Source: Candidatus Doudnabacteria bacterium
GTDB lineage: Bacteria > Patescibacteriota > JAQUNI01
DNA: 64,000 nucleotides
Assembly: GCA_041644975.1 (NCBI GenBank)
Contig: JBAZQX010000004.1
Span: 9,189 to 73,188 of the forward strand
Reading direction: 5' to 3'
Shown: piece by piece, positions 1 through 8,860 of the stretch
Layout of the letters: every line of letters starts with the position of its first letter
How positions within the stretch are numbered: position 1 is the stretch's first letter
Translations under genes and position numbers: made by a program
The notes under the pieces: model-generated
What the model saw: the letters and a program-made list of their open reading frames with translations, nothing else
What the model was told of the DNA's origin: nothing
Databases searched by the model: none

Positions 1-526
1 ATCCTTTTTCTTTTAAATAATGCCTTAGAGAAATATCTTGAGTATTGCCCTGTTGGGGCGAAGCAATCTTTTTCCCCTCCAAAGCTTTAAGGCCTTCCTT
101 CTTATATAAAGAAGCTAATTCTGGTTGGACGACTAAAGAAGCGCCACCCGAGGTCGCACCGCTAATAATCTTTAAAGCTTCACCGTTTGATTTAATATAA
201 CCGTTGATGGCCGGGCTGGGACCAATGTAGCCGATATCAATCTGCCCGGCGAACAAGGCTTCAATTTCTGAAGGCCCAGCATTAAAAGTCTCTGTTTTAA
301 TAGTAATATTATCACCTAAAAATTTCTGGAATGTCTCCTGGGCCATGCCGACTAAAGCCTGCGAATGCGTAATATTGGGAAAATAACCCACTCTAATCGT
401 CTGTTTATTTATTACCTCCTGAGGATTGGCAGTTTGCTCTTTTTTATGTTGATATCTTACAATAAAAAAAACTGATAAACTAAAAATTAAGACAAAAACC
501 AAGATGAAAAAAAGAATCTTACGCAT
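1..526 (-). CDS. ABC transporter substrate-binding protein, NitT/TauT (SsuA-like) family; 5' part only, gene continues past the left window edge
   Basis: Minus-strand ORF from ATG (rc of 524-526) reading MRKILFFILVFVLIFSLSVFFIV...TIRVGYFPNITHSQALVGMAQETF...SGATSGGASLVVQPELASLYKKEGLKALEGKKIASPQQGNTQDISLRHYLKEKG. N-terminal TM/signal then a periplasmic-binding fold typical of sulfonate/nitrate binding proteins. Absent from the ORF track because it is open at the edge. Confidence 0.55.
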   Translation of the reverse strand, partial: MRKILFFILVFVLIFSLSVFFIVRYQHKKEQTANPQEVINKQTIRVGYFPNITHSQALVGMAQETFQKFLGDNITIKTETFNAGPSEIEALFAGQIDIGYIGPSPAINGYIKSNGEALKIISGATSGGASLVVQPELASLYKKEGLKALEGKKIASPQQGNTQDISLRHYLKEKG

Positions 527-560
527 AGTATTTAAAAAAATTAAAATTAATAATATAATT

Positions 561-1022
561 TTAAATTAAATCGTCTAACGTTAAATTTTCTAATTTATCA
601 GCAATATAATCTCTGATTTCCCGCAAAACTTTTATAATTTTTTTTTCTTGGCTTAAGGGTGTTTTAGAAAAAAAATAATGACTAACTGATTCGGTCGGTG
701 CCAAAGCGCCATCCATCAACCTAATAATTTCAGCTACGGTGATCCGGTTGGCTTTCCTGGCTAGTTGATATCCTCCACTTGTACCTCGCTTAGTTTTTAT
801 ATAGCGGCTGTTTTTCAGAATATATAATAACTGCTCCAAATATTTCTTGGATAAATCGTATTCTTTGCAGATATCTTCTATCTTGATAAAACCGTTTTTT
901 TCGCGACGGGCTATATAGATTAAGGCCAATAAGGAATATTCGCTTTTAGTGGTTAATCTCATATTTTTGTTTATATCTACTTTGTCTATAAACATAGTAT
1001 ACTTTGTTATTTTATTCGTCAA
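561..1022 (-). CDS. Rrf2-family transcriptional regulator (IscR/CymR-like); true start probably the internal Met at about 962 (MRLTTKSEY...)
   Basis: N-terminal winged-helix motif LTTKSEYSLLALIYIARREKNGFIKIEDICKEYDLSKKYLEQLLYILKNSRYIKTKRGTSGGYQLA is diagnostic of the Rrf2 family. Confidence 0.85.
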   Translation of the reverse strand: MTNKITKYTMFIDKVDINKNMRLTTKSEYSLLALIYIARREKNGFIKIEDICKEYDLSKKYLEQLLYILKNSRYIKTKRGTSGGYQLARKANRITVAEIIRLMDGALAPTESVSHYFFSKTPLSQEKKIIKVLREIRDYIADKLENLTLDDLI

Positions 1023-1051
1023 GGGGGGGGAAGCCTGTGGATAAATAAAAA

Positions 1052-1085
1052 AGACGGTTTGTCAAAAAACCGCCTTTTTTATTGC
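1052..1085. terminator. Bidirectional intrinsic terminator (hairpin gacggtttgtcaaaaaaccgcc flanked by A-run and T-run)
   Basis: GC-containing hairpin with a T-run on both strands, between the cysC fragment and the Rrf2 gene. Confidence 0.45.
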
Positions 1086-1101
1086 CTATTTTTACATTAA
1101 T

Positions 1102-1302
1102 TTATATTAACTTCTTTCTCTCTAAATAAGTTAAAATTTCGTTAACACTTTCATTAATGGACATTTTGTCAGTTTTTAAATGGATAGCTGGTTTTTGTGG
1201 CTCTTCATAATGATGAGCAACTCCAGTAAAATCTTTGATTTTGCCTTCTCCAGCCTTTCTATACAAAAGGCGAATGGGGTCAGGTCTTGAATTGTGAATC
1301 AC
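1102..1302 (-). pseudogene. cysC: Adenylylsulfate (APS) kinase C-terminal fragment (cysC remnant, about 60 of 200 aa)
   Basis: RPDPIRLLYRKAGEGKIKDFTGVAHHYEEPQKPAIHLKTD matches the APS-kinase C-terminus ([35 protein letters not shown]). A stop codon lies immediately upstream in frame and no P-loop-containing N-terminal part is found in any frame of 1303-1700. Confidence 0.6.
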
Positions 1303-1365
1303 ATTTCTCCACTCTTTAAACGCTTACTTAGAACTTAAAGCGTTTATGGAGTAAGCAGTAACTGG

Positions 1366-1466
1366 CTCCACATCGTGGACAATAGCCTGCCCTCAAGCGA
1401 GTATATTTACATTCCGGATTTAAGTCCACGGGCTTAATTTATCATATTTTACCCCACCCTGCCACG
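1366..1466. repeat. Dispersed repeat family A copy (…CATCGTGGACAA…GAGTATATTTACATTCCGGATTTAAGTCCACGGGCTTA…TTTTACCCCACCCTGCCAC)
   Basis: Near-identical blocks at 7224-7290, 9446-9590, 9758-9861, and partial copies at 2259-2290, 8289-8314, 9606-9632, 13328-13353. Confidence 0.8.
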
Positions 1467-1529
1467 TCGCTCGCCCTGTCGCTCAAGAGCGACGGGGCTC
1501 GCGAGCGACGTGGTCTACTACTCACGGAA

Positions 1530-1560
1530 ATAAAAAAGGTCAAGTCTCAAGACCTGACCC
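1530..1560 (-). terminator. Intrinsic terminator for the 1709-2014 gene (hairpin ggtcaggtcttgagacttgacc + TTTTTTATTT on minus strand)
   Basis: 10-bp stem with one mismatch followed by a T-run on the minus strand. The same hairpin recurs at 8334-8355. Confidence 0.6.
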
Positions 1561-1708
1561 CAAATTTCCCAATTTCCGTGTCGCAAAATTATTATATTAT
1601 TTATAAAAATTTGGGCAAACCCCATTAGAAACTTCACCACAGCATAATTTATCAAAACGCGTTTTTGGCGAAATCTGTAAAGGATGGTTTCTAACGGGGC
1701 AAATCCCG

Positions 1709-2014
1709 TTAAACATCTTCTGGAATCGGCGGCGGTTGATTGGCTGGACTAACAGTGGGATACCGCCAAGCGCTGATCAGCCGCAGCTTGGCGCCGTGCT
1801 TCTGATACATCAGCCAAATTTCCGTAGGATGTTTTTTGCTGCCAGCGCGCTGCATTAAAGCCACAGTTTTTGGCGCCACGCCTTCTTCAATGCGATTGGG
1901 ATTTCGCAAAACTTTTTTCAGCCGATTTTCCGACAAACCATAAAAACGCATTTTTTCTTGACAATGCAATGTCCAAATAAACTTTTCACTTAATTTTGAT
2001 TTAATAATATTCAC
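1709..2014 (-). CDS. Small conserved hypothetical protein (DUF4258-like W-T-x-H-x-x-x-R-M motif, possible toxin-like fold)
   Basis: KFIWTLHCQEKMRFYGLSENRLKKVL pattern. Followed by a minus-strand terminator. Confidence 0.4.
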   Translation of the reverse strand: MNIIKSKLSEKFIWTLHCQEKMRFYGLSENRLKKVLRNPNRIEEGVAPKTVALMQRAGSKKHPTEIWLMYQKHGAKLRLISAWRYPTVSPANQPPPIPEDV

Positions 2015-2296
2015 CTTAGCAATTTAGCACCAAAAAATTTTAACCGCAATAAAAAACAACAGAAAAATTCCTGCTGCTTTATTTTTATTAACTAAATTTT
2101 TATTTAATGCTTGTCTCAAAAGAATCTAAAAGCGCTAAGGCTTCTGGCGCAGAAAATTTTGCTTTAGTAACCTTATTTTTGTTCGGATCAATCCCCGCAA
2201 CCATTGACAGATTAAAAAAAGTTGTTGGCTCCATAGTCCGAAGCGTTAGCGAGGCGAGCAGGGGGAGTGTAATTGGGGCTTGGGCATAATGGTCTT

Positions 2297-4087
2297 TTAT
2301 CTCTTCCTTTTATCACGGACGCGGTCGATTTCGGTCAATATTTTTTTCCTTAGGCGGACGGATTGAGGAGTGATTTCCAAATATTCATCATTGTTCACAA
2401 TTTCTAATCCTCTCTCAATGGTTAATTGAAGGGGTGGAGTTAGAATAAGCGCTTCCTCGGCGCCTTTGGAGCGCACATTAGTCAAATGTTTGCCTTTAGT
2501 GGGATTAACCGCCATCTCATCGCCTTTGGCTGTGTTGCCGATAATCATGCCCGCGTAAACTTCAGTGCCCGCGTTAATATAAAGAGCGCCGCGCTCTTGC
2601 AAATTATACAAAGCATAAGCGACAGCGGTACCGCGGGCCATAGAAACCATTGAGCCGACTTTTTTCTTTTTAATATTACCAACAAATAGTTTAAAACCGA
2701 TTACCTGACTATAAAGAATGCCTTCGCCCTTTGTATCAATCATGAAGTCGCCGCGATAACCCAATAATCCTCGAGTGGGAATTTCAAAAATAATGCGGGT
2801 ATAATTTTTTTCTTGGATTAGACTAGTCATTATCCCCTTTCTTCGGGATAATTTCTCAATTACCGTGCCCATAGCAAAATTCGGCACGCTAAGAGTTAAC
2901 TCTTCAAACGGTTCAAGCTTCACCCTATTTTCTTCTTTTATAATGACCTGGGGCTCGCTAACCTGAAGCTCGTGGCCTTCGCGCCGCATATTTTCTAATA
3001 AAATCGCGACATGCAATTCACCGCGGCCATATACTTTAAAATAATCTCCGGGCGAAAAATCAATTTTGAGACCTACATTCACTTCCAGTTCTCTTTCTAA
3101 TCTTTCCCGAATTTGGCGGCTGGTTACTTTGGCGCCCTCTTTGCCCACAAAGGGTGAATTGTTAACTGAAAAATTTAGAGAGATTGTCGGTTCATCAATA
3201 TTAATCGCGGGAAGAGCTTCCTCGTCGGGATCATTACAGACCGTTTCGCCGATATCAATATCAGGAAGACCGGCGAGCATCACAATATCGCCGGCAGAGG
3301 CTTCCGCCACTTCTTTCCTTTCCAAGCCTTGAAAGGTAAAGACTTTAGCAATTTTGCCCGGACGCGCCGCGCTGCCTCCCTTTTTAACATAAACTTTATC
3401 GCCCGCGTGAATAGTGCCTTCATAGACGCGGCAAATCGCCAATCGTCCCATAAAATTATCATAAGCAAGATTAAAAGGCTGGACTTTCAACTTCTTCCCG
3501 CTTAATCCTTCCTTGGAAGCGATCGGGACCTCCTTTAAGATAAGGTCAAGAAGCGGGGTTAAATCTTTGGATTCATCGCTTAGGTTTTTTTTAGCAATGC
3601 CTTCTCTGGCAATCGCGTAGACTAAGGGGAATTCAATTTGTTCTTCATTGGCGCCAAGATCAATAAAAAGTTCAATTAATTTATCATGCACCCAGGCTGA
3701 CCGCGCCGCTTCTTTGTCTATTTTATTAATCACTACGATCGGCTTTAATCCGAGCTCTAAAGATTTTTTAAGAACGAATTTGGTTTGGGGCATAGGACCC
3801 TCCTGCGCGTCCACGACTAGAATGACGGAATCTATGGAACGCAAAACGCGCTCCACCTCGGAACCAAAATCGACATGGCCTGGAGTATCCACGATGTTAA
3901 TTTTAGTTCCCTTGTAAAAAATGGAGGTATTTTTGGAGTAAATTGTAATGCCGCGCTCTTTTTCAAGATCATTGGAGTCCATACTAAATCCTTCTTCCAC
4001 CACACCGGTTTGACGCATTAGGGCATCGGTAAGGCTGGTTTTACCATGATCAACATGGGCAATAATGGCGATATTTCTAATTTCCAT
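2297..4087 (-). CDS. typA: Translational GTPase TypA/BipA
   Basis: 596 aa. N-terminal GTPase IAIIAHVDHGKTSLTDALM, DTPGHVDF, NKIDK, and EF-G-like domains II-V typical of BipA. Confidence 0.9.
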   Translation of the reverse strand: MEIRNIAIIAHVDHGKTSLTDALMRQTGVVEEGFSMDSNDLEKERGITIYSKNTSIFYKGTKINIVDTPGHVDFGSEVERVLRSIDSVILVVDAQEGPMPQTKFVLKKSLELGLKPIVVINKIDKEAARSAWVHDKLIELFIDLGANEEQIEFPLVYAIAREGIAKKNLSDESKDLTPLLDLILKEVPIASKEGLSGKKLKVQPFNLAYDNFMGRLAICRVYEGTIHAGDKVYVKKGGSAARPGKIAKVFTFQGLERKEVAEASAGDIVMLAGLPDIDIGETVCNDPDEEALPAINIDEPTISLNFSVNNSPFVGKEGAKVTSRQIRERLERELEVNVGLKIDFSPGDYFKVYGRGELHVAILLENMRREGHELQVSEPQVIIKEENRVKLEPFEELTLSVPNFAMGTVIEKLSRRKGIMTSLIQEKNYTRIIFEIPTRGLLGYRGDFMIDTKGEGILYSQVIGFKLFVGNIKKKKVGSMVSMARGTAVAYALYNLQERGALYINAGTEVYAGMIIGNTAKGDEMAVNPTKGKHLTNVRSKGAEEALILTPPLQLTIERGLEIVNNDEYLEITPQSVRLRKKILTEIDRVRDKRKR

Positions 4088-4230
4088 AAAAAAATTTAAT
4101 AAAGTTTTTGATAAAAAAACCCCGCTTACAAAAGAAGGGGGGAATTTTTCCGTTCCATCCTCGCTTTCTTTACTTAGATTATACTATATTTTTGTAAAAT
4201 GACAATAGCGACAAAAAAAATTAACTTTAC

Positions 4231-4259
4231 TTGCCAAATTTACGCCTTCGTGCTATTAT
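4231..4259 (+). promoter_or_regulatory. Sigma-70-type promoter: TTGCCA - 17 nt - TGcTATTAT (extended -10)
   Basis: Near-consensus -35/-10 with 17-nt spacing about 100 nt upstream of the 4358 ORF, which has a strong SD (AAGGAGGTAAGG). Confidence 0.55.
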
Positions 4260-4357
4260 ACACAGCTCTTGAATCCCCTACCGCAAACGGCGGAGTGTAA
4301 AAATTCAATAGACAACTGCATACTAGGAACTGTAAATCTATAAAGGAGGTAAGGAAG

Positions 4358-4630
4358 ATGTCCAGAGGGCTATATTATATCCCAATGTTACTGTTACATA
4401 CGGAAGAAGAGCTGGGCGAGCTAAAAGAAACCTTAACAGAAGCGCACAAGAGTTTGTTTGGCGCCCAACAAACAGAGGTGTTATTCAAAGAGATAAAAGA
4501 ATACTGGGGATTGGTGGCAGAGAGAATTGAAAAAGTCGCGCTTTATAAAAGAGAAACTGCCTCTCCCCTGCACATTTTTGTAGACAGCTTACCCAATGGC
4601 ACAGAAGATCTGATCCAGAAAACAGTATAG
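4358..4630 (+). CDS. Hypothetical protein; possibly the 5' part of a stop-interrupted gene continuing in the same frame to 4951
   Basis: Strong SD and promoter. ORF 4757-4951 (GTG start) is in the same frame, separated only by in-frame TAG (4628) and TGA (4724). Confidence 0.5.
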   Translation: MSRGLYYIPMLLLHTEEELGELKETLTEAHKSLFGAQQTEVLFKEIKEYWGLVAERIEKVALYKRETASPLHIFVDSLPNGTEDLIQKTV

Positions 4631-4756
4631 AGCTTAATCGCTTCAGGGGAAATCCCTGCCTACCAGATTATTGCCAAACTGCAAGCAGCCGGCGCAAAAG
4701 TGCACGGCACAGAAAATCTTGAGTGACTCATTAAAGAGGTCAACTATTGGAAAGCT

Positions 4757-4951
4757 GTGGTCGGGCGCGAGCGACAAAGGAACCCCCAAGAGGAAAAAGA
4801 GCTCCTTGAAAATCGCGATAAGGCGATAATTGACCGAATCAACGAAGTAGTGCCCCAAGAAGAAATAGGTATTATTTTCATCGGCAGAATGCACAATGTG
4901 GTAAAACCGCTAACCCAACCGCCCTACAACTTTGAAATAATCTATCTATGA
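4757..4951 (+). CDS. Hypothetical protein / downstream segment of the stop-interrupted gene
   Basis: Same reading frame as 4358-4630, GTG start, no SD of its own. Confidence 0.3.
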   Translation: MVGRERQRNPQEEKELLENRDKAIIDRINEVVPQEEIGIIFIGRMHNVVKPLTQPPYNFEIIYL

Positions 4952-4966
4952 AAGAAGGTGAAAAGT

Positions 4967-5503
4967 ATGCCGCGAGGCAAAGCAAGATGCGGGAAGTGTG
5001 GGTTCTTGGTAATTGCTGAAGTGGAGCAAATTATTGAATGCCCAGGTTGCGGCAGAAAATTCTATATACCTAATGAACCGCGATACACAAATCCTTTAAA
5101 TTCTTTAAGAAGCCACTCCATTGCTCGGTTAAGTTTGGGTCTTGGTTTGGGGCCTCTCTGGAATATAGAAGATTCAAGGCGCTTTACAGACGCACCTGAA
5201 AAAAAATGGGAGATACACCCAGAAGCAAGGCGCAAGGATTTGCGGATAAAGCTGCTGCCTTTCCCAGCAAGAAACGACCCCGAACTGATGCTAGAACATG
5301 GCTGGTTGAGGGTTATTGTAGAATTCTATGGTCACGATGAGGTTGAGAAGATTGGAGTGGCTGTAAGAAAAAGTGAGCTCATCCTTCAGAGCCACCTGTC
5401 TCTTTGCCCTTACCGCAACACAATTGCCTTGCCCGAGGGCTTTGGAACAATATCCGAAGCCACCTTGAGAAACGGCATACTAGAGGTGAGATTAAAAGAA
5501 TAA
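4967..5503 (+). CDS. Hsp20/alpha-crystallin family small heat-shock protein with N-terminal CxxC…CxxC zinc ribbon
   Basis: C-terminus IALPEGFGTISEATLRNGILEVRLKE is the Hsp20 signature. N-terminus CGKCG…CPGCG. SD GAAGGTG 7 nt upstream of the ATG at 4967. Confidence 0.75.
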   Translation: MPRGKARCGKCGFLVIAEVEQIIECPGCGRKFYIPNEPRYTNPLNSLRSHSIARLSLGLGLGPLWNIEDSRRFTDAPEKKWEIHPEARRKDLRIKLLPFPARNDPELMLEHGWLRVIVEFYGHDEVEKIGVAVRKSELILQSHLSLCPYRNTIALPEGFGTISEATLRNGILEVRLKE

Positions 5504-5524
5504 TCTCCCTACTATTAACCGTTT

Positions 5525-5581
5525 AAGGATGTCATTCGCGAATGACATCCTTAAAGATATCCTTGTGATATCTTTTTTTAT
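5525..5581 (+). terminator. Tandem hairpins (28-bp perfect palindrome aaggatgtcattcgcgaatgacatcctt, then agatatc…gatatct + T-run) terminating hsp20
   Basis: Perfect stems followed by TTTTTTT. Confidence 0.65.
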
Positions 5582-5711
5582 TTAGTCAGAATAAGAATCT
5601 TCGTTGGTTCAATTCTCTGAATTGAACCATTAGTTTATGCAGAATTATCTGGTTCAGGTCAGGAGACCTGAATCAACAAAGCGCATAATAGTAGACTTAG
5701 GAAAAATGAGG

Positions 5712-5963
5712 TCAACTCTGATTTTTTATTAAATTAAGTTTATTTTCTCGCCGCCAGCCCTTAATCTCGGCTTCTCTTTGTCTTGCCTCTCTTAGTGTTT
5801 TATATTCCTCCGAATACTTTAAAACAACCGGCCTACGAATTTTAGTATAATGGGCGCCATATTTTGATTGATTATGTTCTTGCAATCTCTTTTTTAGATT
5901 ATTTGTACAACCAACATATAAAGAATTATCGACGCATTCAAGAATGTAAGTATAATATAACAT
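5712..5963 (-). CDS. GIY-YIG nuclease family protein (small, URI domain)
   Basis: YTYILECVDNSLYVGCTNNLKKRLQEHN…REAEIKGW is the classic GIY-YIG motif set. Confidence 0.85.
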   Translation of the reverse strand: MLYYTYILECVDNSLYVGCTNNLKKRLQEHNQSKYGAHYTKIRRPVVLKYSEEYKTLREARQREAEIKGWRRENKLNLIKNQS

Positions 5964-6254
5964 TTTTATCTACTCGCTTTGTAACTTCCTCACTTCGTCG
6001 TCCTTCGTCGCTTCACTCCTCGGAGTTCCTCAGTGTCTCACTTTGCTCGAGCTGGGCATAAGGTACAATCTTCGAACTTTTTTTATGCTCAATGAATGAA
6101 AAAATGAGTTTGTGGAGAGGAAAAAGGTTAGGGTTCGGAAAATTTATGCCTCAGTTGTTTCCTTGAACAACTTCAAATAATTGGCTTGATGGGGGGTGAA
6201 ATTATTGGATTAGAAACATTGTCTTGCTAGTCGAGAAATGAGAATTAGGGAAGC

Positions 6255-7016
6255 TTAATCAATAAATCTGAAGGTATCTAACATCTGATGTGAAATTTTA
6301 TTATTTTTTATGGGTTCGGAGTAATTAGTATTTTCTTTTGCCACAGGAAATTCAAAGCTATACATTTTATCACTATTGGCTAAAAAAATTATTTCTTCTG
6401 ATCCCTCAATAACAAATACTCCGTCAAGCGCTACGGCTTGGATCTCGTTGACTTTAATCTGTTTAATCGTATCATAGTAATAGGGATTAGGAGCTCTGCC
6501 TGCTTTATATTCATTTTCTGCTTCTTGGATTAACTTATTGACATATTCAATTGAATTAAGGTTTTTTGGATTTTCCTCAATAAATAATGTCACTTCATAC
6601 CAAGCGGTTTCCTCAGAATTTGAAGGTGCGTGCCATATTATGAAAGGCGTTCCCTTACCTACGAGTTCGGGATGTAATCCGTGTTCTAAGATTTCCCAAT
6701 TGGGAGGATATTGAATTTCAAATCCATACTCTTTATTTTTATATATATTCCACTCTGTTTTTGGATTAACTGAAATTACTCCAATTAGTTCTTTTTTTGG
6801 TAAACTATATGGTTCTTGTTGTTTTTCTGAAGGCTCAAATTCGTCGTATGATGAACTTATGGGATGAATTACAATGGGTTCTTGTGAATTGAAATTAATC
6901 CCCTTTCCTCTGAAAATTTGCAGACTACTATACGATATTATCAAAACAAAAAAAGCACCTAAAACGATAAGGATAATTTTAAGAGTGATATCTTTGGAGA
7001 AAATTGACTTATTCAT
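6255..7016 (-). CDS. Membrane-anchored hypothetical protein (N-terminal TM, extracytoplasmic domain)
   Basis: TM helix ILIVLGAFFVLIISYSSLQIF, then a domain with no recognisable motifs. Confidence 0.5.
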   Translation of the reverse strand: MNKSIFSKDITLKIILIVLGAFFVLIISYSSLQIFRGKGINFNSQEPIVIHPISSSYDEFEPSEKQQEPYSLPKKELIGVISVNPKTEWNIYKNKEYGFEIQYPPNWEILEHGLHPELVGKGTPFIIWHAPSNSEETAWYEVTLFIEENPKNLNSIEYVNKLIQEAENEYKAGRAPNPYYYDTIKQIKVNEIQAVALDGVFVIEGSEEIIFLANSDKMYSFEFPVAKENTNYSEPIKNNKISHQMLDTFRFID

Positions 7017-7276
7017 GTTTTGATAATTATATTACCAAAAAATACAGAAATTGTCAACTTTTTAGATTTGATTTTTGCCTTCGAACCAAACATTTAGGCT
7101 AATCTAAGGATTTTTCAGGAAAACCGTACGGTCTGGGTATCAGGAGGAGTAAAATCTTCGAACCACCAATTTTGGCTTGTTTGAGAGAAAAAACGAGCAT
7201 AAAAAAACACCCGTTTGTCTGGGCTGGGCATCGTGGACAACGTTAGAACTATTATCCAGCAACAAAATGAGTATAT

Positions 7277-7831
7277 TTACATACCTACCTTATGTAACTC
7301 GTAAGCCACAATTGTAGAAAAAGATATTATAGCGACCTGCTCAAGAAAGTTTCTATATAAATCAAGTTCATCAGTTAAGATAGCATAACCTTTGTCCTTA
7401 GCTGTTGCAATAATAGAAATATCCGTAAATCCGAATTGTATGACTTGCTCTCGCTCTTTTAAAAGGGTTCTAAAATGAATATAGTTTTCTTCCCATTTCT
7501 CTATCTCTTGAATAATTCTGGGGAAATATTCATTTAATTTTTTCCCCTTGAATAGTCTTATACGAGAGAGACTGTTTACTTCTGCAAGAATTTGAGGTGT
7601 TATAACTATTCTGCCAATAAATATTTTTAAGATTTTTTCTAATAAATCAAAGTGCTCCTCGGTATAATTTTTGCCATTATCTGTCATCAATGGGCAATAT
7701 TTTAAATAGCCCTTGTCATATATACCAATTAAAAAAAGAAGTAATATATTTGTATCAAGAATTAAACACGCCTCAGGGTGTCTGAAGCGATAATAACCAA
7801 TCTTATTTATATCTGATAAGTATTTAACCAC
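7277..7831 (-). CDS. PIN-domain protein (VapC-like nuclease fold)
   Basis: LILDTNILL (N-terminal Asp), …EVNSL…, FTDISIIATAKDKGYAILTDELDL (C-terminal T-x-D) fit the PIN acidic quartet. Confidence 0.6.
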   Translation of the reverse strand: MVKYLSDINKIGYYRFRHPEACLILDTNILLLFLIGIYDKGYLKYCPLMTDNGKNYTEEHFDLLEKILKIFIGRIVITPQILAEVNSLSRIRLFKGKKLNEYFPRIIQEIEKWEENYIHFRTLLKEREQVIQFGFTDISIIATAKDKGYAILTDELDLYRNFLEQVAIISFSTIVAYELHKVGM

Positions 7832-7843
7832 AGAGATTAATTT

Positions 7844-8149
7844 TTACTCCGACTCTTTTCTGCTTTTCTTGTCTTTCATAGAAACCACCTCACCTCCATC
7901 TGTAATTTCAAACTCCTTATACTCTCTCTTTTTATCAAATGGAAACTCTCCAATATTGTCGTAACTCAAAACAACCATCCATTTTTTTTTAATGCCACTC
8001 CCTACGGGCACAAATTCCTCAATTCTGACTTCAGATATCTTTTGAGTCGGTGGTGTTATATCTGCTAGATATTTATAAGCCGCAAGCACTATTTCTCTTG
8101 GTGTTTTAGACATAGTGTAATTATATTTAATTTTTGTAAGACTTCCCAC
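7844..8149 (-). CDS. Small hypothetical protein immediately upstream of the PIN gene (candidate partner/antitoxin-position gene)
   Basis: 13-bp spacing to the PIN ORF, same strand. No known motif. Confidence 0.4.
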   Translation of the reverse strand: MGSLTKIKYNYTMSKTPREIVLAAYKYLADITPPTQKISEVRIEEFVPVGSGIKKKWMVVLSYDNIGEFPFDKKREYKEFEITDGGEVVSMKDKKSRKESE

Positions 8150-8322
8150 CTCAAGGTTGTGGATAAAGTAACATAGCTTATTTAGTCAATAGAAGTCAAG
8201 GGAAATGGATTTTAGAATTCTTATTTGTCTTTTTGCTTTTTATTTTTTATATTTGTCAAATATATTAGTTTATTTCATTATATCACAGTTTTACCCCACC
8301 CCGCTACTCACTATATCTTGGA

Positions 8323-8356
8323 AATAAAAAAAAGGTCAAGTTTCAAGACCTGACCC
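8323..8356 (-). terminator. Intrinsic terminator (same ggtcaggtcttgaaacttgacc hairpin as at 1538-1559) after the 8396-8794 gene
   Basis: Hairpin + T-run on the minus strand. Confidence 0.6.
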
Positions 8357-8395
8357 CAAATTTCCCCTTGATTGTTTGAATCTTTATTTTCCCTC

Positions 8396-8794
8396 TCATA
8401 TGTCTATCTGTTTCATTTTCCATTCAATACAGGCGGGAACATAAGTATCTCTGGTATGCCCATAATCATTACCATTTTGACAAAAAATATAACTATCTAT
8501 ATCAAACCAATCAACCTTTTCTTTACACATTTTTTCTCGCTGTTCAAGGAAAAAGCCTGTCAAATCAGGATTAGTTTGCATACTTTGCTTCCAATTTTCA
8601 TATACTTCATCATACTTTCTATCACACTCTTCTTGAAATTTTATTCGGTAACCTAATAATTTTTCCTTCCGTGCTCTTTCTTCTCCCAATTTTTGTTGAT
8701 TAGGCAAGAAAAATAAATAGTAATAAAAAACTGAACCAGCGATTATTAAAATGACTATAATTGCTACGATTTTGATAATTTTGTTTAAATCCAT
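8396..8794 (-). CDS. Small membrane-anchored protein; paralog of 12012-12362
   Basis: N-terminal TM then FYYYLFFLPNQQKLGEERARKEKLL, parallel to FYHYVIYIPNKEDLIRIEEKVDKEL in the paralog. Cys-containing C-terminal domain. Confidence 0.55.
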   Translation of the reverse strand: MDLNKIIKIVAIIVILIIAGSVFYYYLFFLPNQQKLGEERARKEKLLGYRIKFQEECDRKYDEVYENWKQSMQTNPDLTGFFLEQREKMCKEKVDWFDIDSYIFCQNGNDYGHTRDTYVPACIEWKMKQIDI

Positions 8795-8860
8795 AGTATT
8801 TTCTTCGTTGATTCAATTCTCCCGAATTGAACCACTAGTTTCTGCAGAATTATCAGAGAC

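Noticed and set aside
2107-2289. 60-aa plus-strand ORF
   Set aside because: Overlaps a repeat-family-A fragment and the typA terminator region; no SD, low-complexity product. Likely spurious.
3066-3917. Several 60-90-aa ORFs antisense/overlapping typA
   Set aside because: Shadow ORFs inside a highly conserved gene.
4358-4951. Alternative genetic code (UGA/UAG recoding) to explain in-frame stops
   Set aside because: All long housekeeping ORFs terminate normally and contain no internal TGA/TAG under the standard code; the ORF track was computed with the standard code and recovers full-length genes.
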